Shown here piece after piece: positions 50,470-62,215 of a stretch of 64,000 nt of DNA. The position numbers were made by a program, and so were the translations under genes. This stretch comes from Negaprion brevirostris (Eukaryota). Positions within the stretch are counted from its first letter, which is position 1, and each line of letters opens with the position of its first letter. The notes under the pieces are model-generated. The model had not been told where the DNA came from, ran no database searches, and worked only from the letters and a program-made list of their open reading frames with translations. The stretch lies in the NCBI GenBank assembly GCA_030324005.1, contig JARDVH010000031.1, positions 43,808,124-43,872,123 of the forward strand, read 5' to 3'.

Positions 50470-51850
50470 ATGCTTTACTAGATGCCCAGGCTAATGCTCT
50501 GAAGACCTTCCAGCTCTTCAGCTGGCAGTATCTTCTGGTCCCACTGACAATGTGACCCTGCCAAAGGTTTCCCATCGGTGTGGAGGAGAATCAGTGAGAA
50601 CTCTCAGAAGATCCTTCCACAAGATCCTTCCACAGGCCAATGGCCATCCAGCTCCCACTGCTAAGAAAAATGCTGCAAGGTGGCCAGAAAATCCGGCCCA
50701 TGATTTCAAGTCCCACCTCAGAAGCTGGGGGAGTTTAAATTCAATACATCAAATAAAAAGCTTGTCTCAGTAATGATGATCATGGAGCCACTGAATTGTC
50801 ACAAAAATCCATCTGGTTCACTCTACCACTGTCCTTACCAAATCTGACTTAGATTTGACTCCAAACCCATCACATCTCTCTGAAACAGTCTAGCAAGTCT
50901 CTCAATTGTATCAAACCACCATAGAACAGTTAAATAAGAATGGAAAAATTTGGACAGACCATACAGTCCTTGCAAAATCTGACCTTAAAACTGAGCACAT
51001 TCTCTTGTGTTGTGTGGCACTACCAGTGCTAAAGGGACTAAATTCAGAACAGATCTAGCAATTTAAAATTGGGCATCCAGTAGGTGCTGTGGGCTATCAG
51101 CAGCAGGAGAGTTGTATTCAAGGAAATCTATAACATCATGGCGCCCTATAGTCCCACCCTACTATCATCAAGCCAGGAACCAGCCCTCGTTCAAAGAAGT
51201 AGGTGAGCATGCCACAATCATCAGACACATCTAAAAATGAGGTACCAACATAGTGAAGGTACAGGATTACATGCCTGCTAAATAGGAAAAGTAGCACGTT
51301 ATAAACAGAGCTAAGCAATGTCACAACCTTTTGATCAGATCAAACCTCTACAATCCTACATATCCAGTCATGAATGGTGTTAGACAATTGAACAATTAAC
51401 TGGGGGATGAGGCTCCAGCATGTTAATGAAGAGATCAAAACTGAAGCATTTGCAGTCACCTTCAATCAAAAGTGCCAAGTGGATGATCCACCTTTGCCTC
51501 CTGCTGATGTTCAGACAACTTGATTCACTCCATGCGACATCTAGAAATGGCCAAATTCATTTGATTCAGCAGCAGACATCATTCCAGCTATAATACTGAA
51601 GACTTGTGTGTCAGAACTAGCCACACCCATGCCAAACTGTTCTAGTACAGCAACAATGCCAGTATCTACCCACCATTGTAAAAAATGGCCAGGTATGTCC
51701 TGTCCACAAAAAGCAAGTTAAATCCAATCCAACCAATTTGTGCCTCATTTGTTTAGCATCATTCATTGGCAAAGTGGTGTTGTCAACTGTGCTGTCAAGC
51801 AGCACATACTGTAATCTGCTTCCCAACATTCAGTTTGAGCTCCAGCAGGA
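50470..51850 (+). mobile_element. Non-LTR (CR1/L2-group) LINE remnant with a SINE-like 5' region, interrupted by a ~190 bp MITE-like insert (~50510-50699)
   Basis: RT motifs ILKTCVSELATP..KLF*YS...AQVCPVHKKQ.KSNP.N; 5' part homologous to the SINE at 23782-24107; the insert ends gaaaatccggccc (Harbinger-like TIR). Confidence 0.65.
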
Positions 51851-54387
51851 TATTATGTTGTCGTTTTTATGGCATCGTCAAGAGATTTCAGTCTTTGTTA
51901 GGGACAAAAGATATTTAATGATGAGAAACTTGGTAGAAGAGTGTTGCAGCTCTGGCTGCCATGGAGCAGAGCGCCAGTCCTTACATGCTGACAAATGGCC
52001 CCAGAAGTAAAATAGCTGAGAGAGGACTCTGTCCCTCCAGTGTGATCACTCACTCTGGGTCCCATTGGTTCCTCAAGTTCCGTGAGTCACTTCTGCTGTG
52101 CTGTCTTAAAAAGACAAATACCAGACACACAACATCCCTTAACTTTCTATTTTCAAAATCTACCTACATTCTAAATAAACATTATACATAAGTTAAACAC
52201 TTGTAAATTGATGTGGCAATTGTTCAATGGAGGAATCTTGAGGCCTGCATTTAACATAACTCTTTCTCTATGCACAGTTCCAAATTTAGTTTTGCGTGGG
52301 ATTCTTCCATACAGAGTTGCTGCTTTCTGAGTTACGTCCTAGACTGTGCATGACAAAGGACTACATTCTTCACTCTCCAATCCACTGATCCTTTTCTAAG
52401 TCATGCACCTAACGCTACAATGCACTGCAGGTACCATCATTACAACATAGTTTTACATCTTGACAGTTCTTGCACTATATCAGTTTGTCACTTGTGAAGG
52501 GAGTGGTCACTGTACACTATTTCTGGTACATAGTTCATGTGATAAAGTTTCTTCTCTTTCTAGCACTTCAATTTGGCATCTTTTCCATCGACTCTGTTAT
52601 CATGTTAGTTACTGTGCATTTCTATTAGCATGATTACTTCGGCAATTCTATTCTGGCATGTCATCTCAATTTCCATCTCTGCCTGAATTGTTGCTTTGTC
52701 TAGTTCTCTCCGACATAACCCCTTCAACTCGGTGGCTTCATTTTCCAATCTCCTTCTTTTGTCTTCTGTGTCAGTTAATTTATGTCTTGGACACGAGTGG
52801 TTCTTTACTCCATCATTCACTTCTAACAACATTTGATAACGATCTCTCCCTTCTCATGCTTTGCATATTTTCAGAGAACTGACATTTTTTTTGTAGCTGC
52901 AACTAACTGTATTTTTATGTTCAATATTTTTTCCTTTTTTTTATTAGGCATTTCTTTTGCCAACTTGTTCAACAGTTGTGTTCTCTGTTTTGGTTTGTCC
53001 ATTGCTATGTCCTCCACAGAACCATCAAATACCTGACAGTTTCTGCTTCTCTGCAGAATCCCAATTTCTCCAGCTCATTTGTGTATTCCACATGGTTATT
53101 GAATTGGACCTCTGGAGAATTCCCAATATGGCTCTGGTGAATAACAGCTCTCCTCCAATTTCTGCTTCAACAGTACAATGATTCTTGCTGTAGACGATGT
53201 AGGATGTCCTACATGAGCACCATGGACCAAATCTTTAATGCATTTCACTCTGAGGCTAGCAGTTCTCTTACCGATCACGAAACCAATAACATCCATGAGA
53301 TGGGATTTCCTTAGCTTAAGTTCTATGAAATGACCTGTCGCCGAATTCCACTTGCACTTATTGTCTCAACCCTTTTTAACTTATATTCATCTTTTCATGC
53401 TCTTACTCCAGTTCCTTCATTACTTGCTGGTGAATGTTTCTTACTGAGCCTAATAGAATTCCTAACTACTTCCACCTTTTTCATGGTGCTCAATTTTTAT
53501 CTTAGCTTTGATGTAGCTGAGCCACTTCTCATTTACATTAGGGGTCATAAACTTTTAACTCATCTTCTAATTGCTGTAGTTTTCAGTGACGTTTATCCAA
53601 CTTTTTTTTCCCCCTTCACTCTTAATACTTCTGATGAGGCTTCTCTTACTTTCTGACCAATTACAGCTTTATTGTTTGCATGTAGTTTATTGCAAAAACG
53701 TTCACGCTTATTCCAGTACAAAAGGATGGCACGCAACTCTTTCTTTAGCTCTGTATTTAGTAATTTAGGGTCTTTTGTTGCCCTTCTTTTGGCTGTCTCC
53801 CTCTCCATGGTTTCTTAGCATCCTCCCTCTCAGGGGACTGCTACTACCTACTGCGAGTATGGCATTGCCTCTTGCTTGAGACTTATTACCTCCTCTGAGC
53901 TTCAGTGTTGCCTCTTTCTTGAGGTCTTTATTTTCTTCAAGGTCTTGCATTGATACGGACCCCCTCTTAAGAGGGGCCCTCTCTTTTTAGAGTTGCTCTC
54001 TGCTTTGCTCTTCGCAGATTTTGCTGTCCCTTGTCCTTTGTTCCTTGTTATGGTCGTTGCATTAAATCTTGTAAACTTCGAATGCATTACCTCTTTACAT
54101 GCATTATTGCTTTAACTGTCAAAGTTTTTTTTAACTGCCACAGTTGCCATTCCTGACTGTCTGCGTTTTCCCACACGTAAGGGTTTTGATGAGAACTTAT
54201 GTTTGGATTTTTTTTTAGAAGTTTCAAAACCTTTTCAGCTAGTGCAAGATTTTTTTTATATCGATTTCTGCAGTTTTCCTTTTTTTTAACCCTGCCTACA
54301 GCAGAATTTCTTTCCTGCTTGTAACATCAAACTTTTTGTCAATTTTACCACTGGCTCTAGTTGGGAGTTTTTTTTTAAATTTTCAAG

Positions 54388-54675
54388 CGGTTAGCACTGC
54401 TGTCTCATAGTGCAGAACCTTAGGTGACTGTCTGGGTTTCCTCCGGGTGCTTTGGTTTCCTCCCACGGTCCAAAGATGCGCAGATTAGGTGGATTAGCCA
54501 TGTTAAATTGCCCCGATGTGTCCAAGGATGTGTAGATTGGGGATAAGCCATGATAAATGTGTGGGGTTATGGGGATAGAATAAAGGGGAAGGCTTAAGTG
54601 GGTTGCTCTTTCAGGGAGTTAGTGCAGACTCAATGGGCCAAATGCCCTCCTTTTTCACTGCAGCGATTCTATGAT
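54388..54675 (+). mobile_element. HE1-like V-SINE (internally deleted)
   Basis: gcggttagcactgctgtctca, gggtttcctccgggtgctttggtttcctccca, tail gcagactcaatgggccaaatgccctcc. Confidence 0.8.
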
Positions 54676-55566
54676 TTATTTTCAAACAGATGTCAGAAAC
54701 TCCCAACCCGCAGTCCCTCAATGCAGGGACCGCTACCAGGGACACCCCATAGGCTCTGCTCAGATCAGTGGCCCTCATCTTAGCCTTTTAATTTCCTTGA
54801 GCTTTTGGGAGATGTCCTGCAGTTCCTTGGGGCATTTTTTTCTGTGTTTACTTCTGAACTTGTTTAACTGGAGCACATCTCTTTCCAGATTATCTTTAAA
54901 TCTGAAACAGTTTCAAGCTGGGTATATTGCCTTTTATACTCCTGTCCTGTCTGTTTTATTAAAGTTTCTTTTATTCTAAGGCTCCTGGACATTGATCTCT
55001 CTTCGTTAAAATTTTTCTTTTATATTTCCAAACCTCTTTATTCACTGGCCACATTGGTTGCATTCCTTCGAATGCCTCTCAGAGTCTGACACAAGGTCAA
55101 CAACTCTTCACTGAGTCGATATCCCTCTTTTCCAACTTCAATTAAACCAGATATCACAGGTAGGTTATCAGTAGTTTTGAGAGCACTGTGTCAGTCTGCT
55201 GTCTGTGTTGTTAGTAAAATTTAATGAGTGCTGAGTTAATCAGTTGTCAGTGGTATGGGATGGCTGTGGATGCGGGGTTCATGGGGTGGGAGACAGGGTG
55301 TGATAATACTTAAGGAAGTGGGCCTGACAGACTGTGTGGATGAGACCCCGAAAGAGAAAGACAACAAGGTGCAGTGTGTGTTGGTGGTGGGGTTGACATA
55401 GCATGAGAAGAATGGTGCCTATTAGTCTTGCCTATCCCTAATGCAGAAAATAATTATTCCCTCAAACATTGCTGAGACTCATGCTCATTAAAGTAATCGG
55501 CCCTCATGAATTAACTCTTCATGTCAGCTTCTGTAGTGACTTGAAGCCCAACTGAAAAAAAACATT

Positions 55567-55778
55567 TGTTACGGAATGCAAACTATGATGTACAAACACA
55601 AGTCCCTGTTCAGGGCTACCATTCCGCAGGCCCACTTCTGGGCCTGCCTTACGAAAGGTTCAGGTCATGAGTTCCAGTTGCACAAGCCACTGCCTGTTAC
55701 CAGAGAAACCCATACTCAATGAGACCCACAGGGAGATCAATTAGTGATTTCCCCATGGACCTCCTGGGGGTTATCACA
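55567..55778 (-). repeat. 3' LTR of the Gypsy remnant (TGTGATAA...GTAACA)
   Basis: Starts TG immediately after the PPT and ends CA, with inverted termini TGT...ACA. Confidence 0.7.
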
Positions 55779-57560
55779 TCCATCTCTCCCCTCCCCCAGA
55801 GTCTAAAGATTCTCCCTCGCTCCCATGGCAATGGGACCTTCCCCATGGCCTTATCTCTGGTTGAGGGTGCATGTAATGGATAGGTGAACGCCTTTTGTCA
55901 AAAAGGCGCTACAGGGGCCTTGTCCTTGATGGTGACCTCTGGCTAGGTGTCCACTGCCTCCACTTCCATGTCTGAGCCAGAATCCTTATCCTCAATATGA
56001 CTGGCTCTTGAGTTTTCAGAGAGCAGAGTTTCCCATGTATAGGCCAGCGTGAAGGGCGGAGGAGAAGGTGGGCTGCTAGGGCAGGCAGCTCAAGGCATTC
56101 GTGTTGCAACATGTCTCCCTGGATGATGTTCTGAGGTATATTCATAGGTAACTAATAATAGTGCCCAGCATTGGATACAGGCTGATGCGAAGGGAAGAAT
56201 CACCTTGTCTTCCTTCACAAGGCCCAACAGAAGTTTGTGATCAGTTACTATAATGAAATGCTGACCGTGGACGTACTGGTGGAACTTTTTCCACCAGAAA
56301 CACCATGGCCAATCCTTATTTTTGCTCTGGGCATACTTTCTCTCTGCATCCGAGATGTGTACGCGATTGGACATTCTGCCCTATCATATTGCTCCTATAC
56401 CATAGGAGAAGGTGTCTCAGGTTACAATGAGTGGTCTCAGGGAGTCATAACGGGCTAGTATATTTGTTGACAGCAATTGCTGTTTGACAAATGCAAAGGC
56501 TTCTTCTTGTGACCTTTTCCACAAGCATTTCTGATTTTTTTTTAACTATGTGGAGAGTAGCCAGTAGGATCGCCGTGCCGTATGAATTTTCCATAGTAAT
56601 TTATGAAACCTAAGAAAGGCTTCAACTCTGTATGTTCCTTAGAGTCAGAGCTCATCCTATGTCTTTACCTTCTCTTTGACAGGGTATAATCCACTTTTGT
56701 CAACTCTGTACCCAGTGTTGACAATTCCCTTATTTACCATGAACACACATTTTTCCTTTTAATCGGATGTTAGCATCAAATAAAATTCATAAGACCTCCT
56801 CCAAACTGTCCAAATGCTCCTTTGCAGTAGCTCCTGAGATTAAACCATCATCCAGGTAGACTGCCACTCTGGGCACCCCTCGAAGGATGTTCTCCATCAC
56901 CCTTTGAAAAATGGCACTTGCCAAAGACAACCCAAAGGGCAAATGAGTATTCTTGTACACTTCTTTGAGAGTATTTATGGTGACATACTTCCTGGATGAC
57001 ACCTCACGCACTAGTTGGAGGTAGGTGTGGCTCATGTCTAATTTGTAAAATATATGATACCCAGCCAGCTTCGTATACAAGTTTTCTATGCGTGGCCAAG
57101 GGTATCTGTGTAAGCAGGAGGCTCTGTTGCTGCAAACTTATAACGGATGGACCAAATTGTTAGTTTTTAAAACTGAGATTGCTGGCATGGCCCATTCTGA
57201 AAATTGTACAGGGTACATAATGTCAAGTTCCTTTAGACATTCCAATTCGGCCTCTACTTTGGCATGTAGGGCAGAGGGGACCAATCGTGCCTTGAAGTAT
57301 TTAGGTTGGGCTTCGCATAAATCTTGGCCCTAGCGCCTCTAATCTTCCTGAGGTCTTGGAACACTTTAGAATACTTCCCAGTGACTTCGTATAAATTGCC
57401 ACTACCCATTTTAAAGAACTGTTGCCAATACAGATTGATGGCCAGTCCCTTCCAAATAGTCTGGGCCCTGATCCTTGCACCACTAATAGGGGGAGTTCAA
57501 CAGTCTGGTTGCCTGTAAGGGTTACAGTGGCCTCAACAACACATAAAGCCTCCCTAGTGC
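55567..57560 (-). mobile_element. Gypsy/Ty3 LTR retrotransposon remnant (protease end, RT, RNase H, PPT, 3' LTR)
   Basis: GSGPRLFGRDW; RT LPFGLSLASAIFQRVMENIL..YLDD; RNase H AERKYAQ..KKFHQYVHG..TDHK; polypurine tract gggggaggggagagatgga directly before the LTR. Confidence 0.9.
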
Positions 57561-57879
57561 ATGTAACCTTAGTGTCCCAGTCTTAAAAACAAAATGCTCA
57601 ATTGAAACCTCCTGTCAAAGACCCTAGTGAAGGGAGGGGACAACCAGATAGGATACCAGAGGTGACTCTGAAGGGGAAGGCCATTGACCCAGACCGGTGA
57701 AGTAATGAAGATGGAAGGGTACCTGAGATGTGAATGAGTGGTATCCCCCAGATAAGGTGAAGGACTGGCTACTTTCAGGACGGGAGGCCAGTGGGTGAGG
57801 GAGATTCTAAAGTTAGGCACTGGAGGACCAACCTGACTGTTTCTCTCTCTCTCTGATCCCTCACAGTTACTGATGGAGA

Positions 57880-58460
57880 TCAGAATGGATCCAGTGGAGC
57901 TGGCAATTCTGCCAATTACAGCGCTGGAGGAGCAGAGACTCTAGTAGCAATGAGCGATGACACTCAGGGGACACTCAGCACCTGGAGATGACAGGACAGA
58001 CTCAAGGCAACTGTAGCCAAACAGGGGGTTCAAATGTGAAGGAGACTGAGGGTTTACAGGACCCATTTGTTCTTCATGGAGCTGTCAGACAACATGTGTC
58101 ACAAGAGACTCTGCCTCTCCAGGGAGAGGATGTGGTACGTATGCCACATTCTGTCCAATTTGGTGCCATATGAAGGCAGAGGGCATCCTCCTCCTGTGAC
58201 TGTGAAGGTCATAGCAACCCTCAACTTCTATGCTGTGTGTCCGTACCAGGGCTCCATGGGTGACATGTGGCATTTTAGTCATCTGCCCATAAATGCATCT
58301 GTGAGGCCACAGATGGACTCTGTACAAGGGCATCAGACTTAATTTCAACCTGGACTAAGTCCAGCAGGACAAGAAGTCTGTGGGATTCTTCACCACAGTG
58401 TGTCTTCCATAGGTGCAGGGGCGGTCGACTGTATTCATGTCACGACGCAGTAGAAAATCC
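57880..58460 (+). mobile_element. Harbinger HARBI1-like nuclease relic (N-terminal half)
   Basis: CHKRLCLSRE...PPVTVKVIATLNFYA..PYQGSMGD, then VQG.VDCIHV at ~58412-58440. Confidence 0.75.
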
Positions 58461-59399
58461 AGAGAGAATTGGGAAATGCAGGTTTCCATTTTTACTGTCC
58501 TTCTGTGGATGCCAAAAATCTGATTGCCATCATAATAATGCTGAACACTGATAGATTCAGTTCCAGTTGTCACAAAACCTGGGCTATTGACTTAGAAAAA
58601 ATGTAAACCGTATGCAATATAAATGTGAACTGCATAAAGGAAATCCTGCTTCCCTTAAAAACACAGCTCACAAATAATTTGTCCAGTTCACACAGGATTT
58701 AATATTTTGAAATGGTCATTGTTATGAATGTTGACTGTTTCGCTCCACAGGTGCTGCCTGATTATCTGAGTTCTTACAGCATTTTTGCTTCTTTATCAGA
58801 TTTCCAGCATCTACAGTATTTTGCTTTGGTATTAATATTTTGAGTACTATTACCTCAAATAGAAAAAGGAAGCATGAGGAAAAAGTGGTAATAATTAAAA
58901 AAGAAAGGAGAAAGCTAAAATGCAGGACAGAAGTCTCAGCATAATGCTAATCTCATACCTAGGCATTAGCTAAACAATTCTATATATACACAAGTTATTG
59001 GTGTAGTTTCAATATTGTGATTTTCTGAATAGCATGTCTATTTTTTACCTCTCACTGTCTCTCTTGCTTCTCCCAGGGTTTTTTGCCCTTTTTGAGTCTT
59101 CGCTTTTTGTACGGACACATGGGACCCATGTGCTGTTAGTCATGCACCTGGGCCTGACCAACATAAAAAACCTAAACCCCGAGTGTTCGGCTCTTTCTCG
59201 GCAGCTGAATTCACACGAGGCTTGAGGTTCATTGGCTCTTGGAGATGCTGACCACAGAGCTGAAGACAAAGGTTAGTTTTAGTTTAATTAAATTAATTTT
59301 TAATCATGTTGAACAATTTTTGGGACGCACTTCGTGGGTCTTCACTGTTGTAAAGAATACAGGCCCAGGGTCCTCAATATTTCCTCCTTCCTCTCCTGC

Positions 59400-59865
59400 C
59401 ACCTCAGGAATCAGTCCATTGAACCTTCTAGGCAAGTATATTCTTTTTCAGGGGAGGAGACTAAAACTGCACACAATATTCCAGGTGCAACTGCAGCAAG
59501 ATTTCTTTACTCCTGTACTCAAATCCTCTGGCAATAGTGGCCAACATGCCATTTGCCTTTCTAATTTCTTGTTGCACCTGCATGGTAACTTTCAGTGATT
59601 TGCAAACGAAGACATCCAGGTTCCTTTGGACTTCCCCATATTGCACCATTTAAGAAATGCTCTGCATTTCTGTTTTTCCTTCCAAATTGGATAATTAGAT
59701 ATGTTTCCACATTATATTCCATCTGTCATGTTCCTGATTATTCACTTAACCTGTCTAAATCCTCTTGAAACCTCTTAGCATCCTCCTCTTAACTCACATT
59801 CCTACCAAGTTTCACATCAGCAGATAATCTGAAAATATTGTATTTCGTTCCCACATCCAAATCCT
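59400..59865 (-). mobile_element. CR1 RT fragment
   Basis: VQRNLDVFV..SLKVTMQVQQEIRKANGMLATIARGFEYRSKEILLQL..LEYCVQF. Confidence 0.85.
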
Positions 59866-61924
59866 CCCCAGTGTTAAGAACCCTGCCGATGTTAAATGTG
59901 AAGGTATCCCAAAACTTAGGTGGGGTAACCTGGAGTCTTAGAGGTGTATATTTTCAATTTAGTATTATATTAGAAAGATATGCAAACCAGAGAGGAATCT
60001 TGTTGTGATCAATTAATAAAGAATATTTATTAACTTAAAAGAAAACACACAAGGATTATTATACACCACAACAGTACATTTAACTAAACTAATGAAACCC
60101 CCATTGAAATTCCCCAGACAAGGTAAATCAGAAATACTCACCAGCTAACCTAATAAACTTTACTATCAGTAAATCTCTTAATACTAGTAAAACCCTACAA
60201 TTACTAAAAAGCCGAAGATGTGATAGATAAATGAGAAATTATTCACCAACTAAACAACTGTCCGTGTTCCTGTCATGTCACACTTGATTTTTCTCAGAAC
60301 ATGGTCAGTTTGCTTTGGAGTCACAGATTGGACTGGATTGAACTGTCCACCTCTTGCTCATTTCTCTCAGTGCTGCTGGTTGTCATCTCACCCACTCCTT
60401 GAGGTACCTGCCTCAGTGGCCTCCTCAAATTGCAACATATGGCAAAACTCACTGATCGCTTCCTTTGCAAAGTGGAACTTCTGCAAGTACTGCTCCTAGG
60501 ACAATCTGAGGTACGAGCCCCTCACCGTATGTTCTGGTATAAGAATACTGGCAACTAGGTGTCATGTATAGTCTGTATGGCCTGGCATCAGATCATTACT
60601 CTTCCTTCATCTTTAAAAAGATACAGAGAAATATATGTGGGGCAAAAAATTTCACCGTGGGGAGAGTTCGAAGCAATGGAGAAGTTTAACAGAGATGGAT
60701 ACAAAGCAGCCTGGCATATAAGGTACAGAGCTGCAACAGCAGTACAAACACAATTGGCAGGATTTTCCCATCCTTTCCACCCGCAGGATCTTCCACAACA
60801 GCTGAAGTCCATCCCGGGCACTGATTCCCCAGCAGCAGGGCAGACAAGCCATGCAAAAGTCTACAGGCTTCTGCAGGATTGAAAGATTCCACGGGCGGCC
60901 AATTGAGAGCCGCCTTCACTGCAGGAAAACCCACCAGGCCAATATGACAAAAACTGCCGAATCTGAGTACAGAATGGGTTTTCTGTAAATTCTTAAGTAT
61001 GTGCTAGTCTATCGAAATTGATGGCCATTTGGCAACGTTGGAAACATGTTTTACATGAACAAGAACATGTCTTGGCACAATAGAGATGTTAATGACAGGA
61101 AATAATATGTATAGAGTCACCACCTCTCATTTAAATATGTCCATCCTAAAATGGGCAAGTACAATGCTCTCCATTGTAAATACCAGGCAGACAATGGGAT
61201 CAGTCCCAAGTGGAAAATCCTGGATAAAATGTTTGCAGCCCTTTACCTGATATGCATATGAACTAATTTAGATTTTGAAGCATTAAGAGCAGATCCAACT
61301 GCATTGCAAAATGATGTGACAATTTTGAAAAAAATGCAAGTTGCAATAAACTGCATTTGCGGCAGTAAGTTATACCCACTGATGGTTGGCTGACTTGTAT
61401 ACCCCAGTACATTTTCATTATTCTCATTTTAATGTGTCCCTAATGTGCTAATGTGCTTAGAAATTGGAATGCAGTCATTAACAAAGGAAATTCTGGTTGA
61501 AGATTGCTGATGGAACAGTAGGTAAGTAGCAAAGTGCTTGACTCACTTTAATCAGTTTTGGATTGGCTGTCTCATAAGTATTATTGTAATTTTTCAAGAA
61601 TGAGCAGCTGGTAGAAGGGCATGTGAAAGGTGCAGAGGCATAAGAAAGAATGCACAACTTTAACAAGTTGGACCTGCAAACCCTCCTCGATGACATAAAA
61701 CAAAGGGAACCCATGTCAAGTAGCATACAAAAAAACATTGTGTGTGTCATTTGGAGGAAATGGCACTGTCATTGAGTGTCAATTTTCACTCTTCCAGTGA
61801 GTATCAATTTCCACCCCAGAGCTCTAAGAGATATTTGGAATTGGACGCAGAAGCAGGGTTGGAGAGTTAGACTGGGATGCAACAAGCGGTGAGTTAATAA
61901 AGGAAGAGGATAGTGGTGCTCATT

Positions 61925-62215
61925 GGGGTGGTTCACTAGGCTGATACCGGAGATGAGGGGGTTGGACTATGAAGAGAGGCTGAATAGACTGGGTCTGTAC
62001 TCGTTGGAGTTTAGAAGGATGAGGGGGGATCTTATAGANNNNNNNNNNNNNNNNNNNNNNNNNNNNNNNNNNNNNNNNNNNNNNNNNNNNNNNNNNNNNN
62101 NNNNNNNNNNNNNNNNNNNNNNNNNNNNNNNNNNNNNNCATGATCTTATTGAATGGCAGGGCAGGCTCAAAGGGCTAGATGGCCTACTCCTGCTCCTATT
62201 TCTTATGTTCTTACG
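61925..62215 (+). mobile_element. Young-looking CR1 3' fragment (with 100-N gap)
   Basis: FTRLIPEMRGLDYEERLNRLGLYSLEFRRMRGDLI and tail ctactcctgctcctatttcttatgttctta; same family as 5135-5368. Confidence 0.9.

Noticed and set aside
53961-53976. Perfect 16-bp palindrome CCCCTCTTAAGAGGGG
   Set aside because: One such palindrome in 64 kb is compatible with chance; no supporting context.
61640-61790. Possible Myb/SANT-like fragment (NFNKLDLQTLLDDIKQRE)
   Set aside because: Too short and degenerate to support; at best another Harbinger-related scrap.
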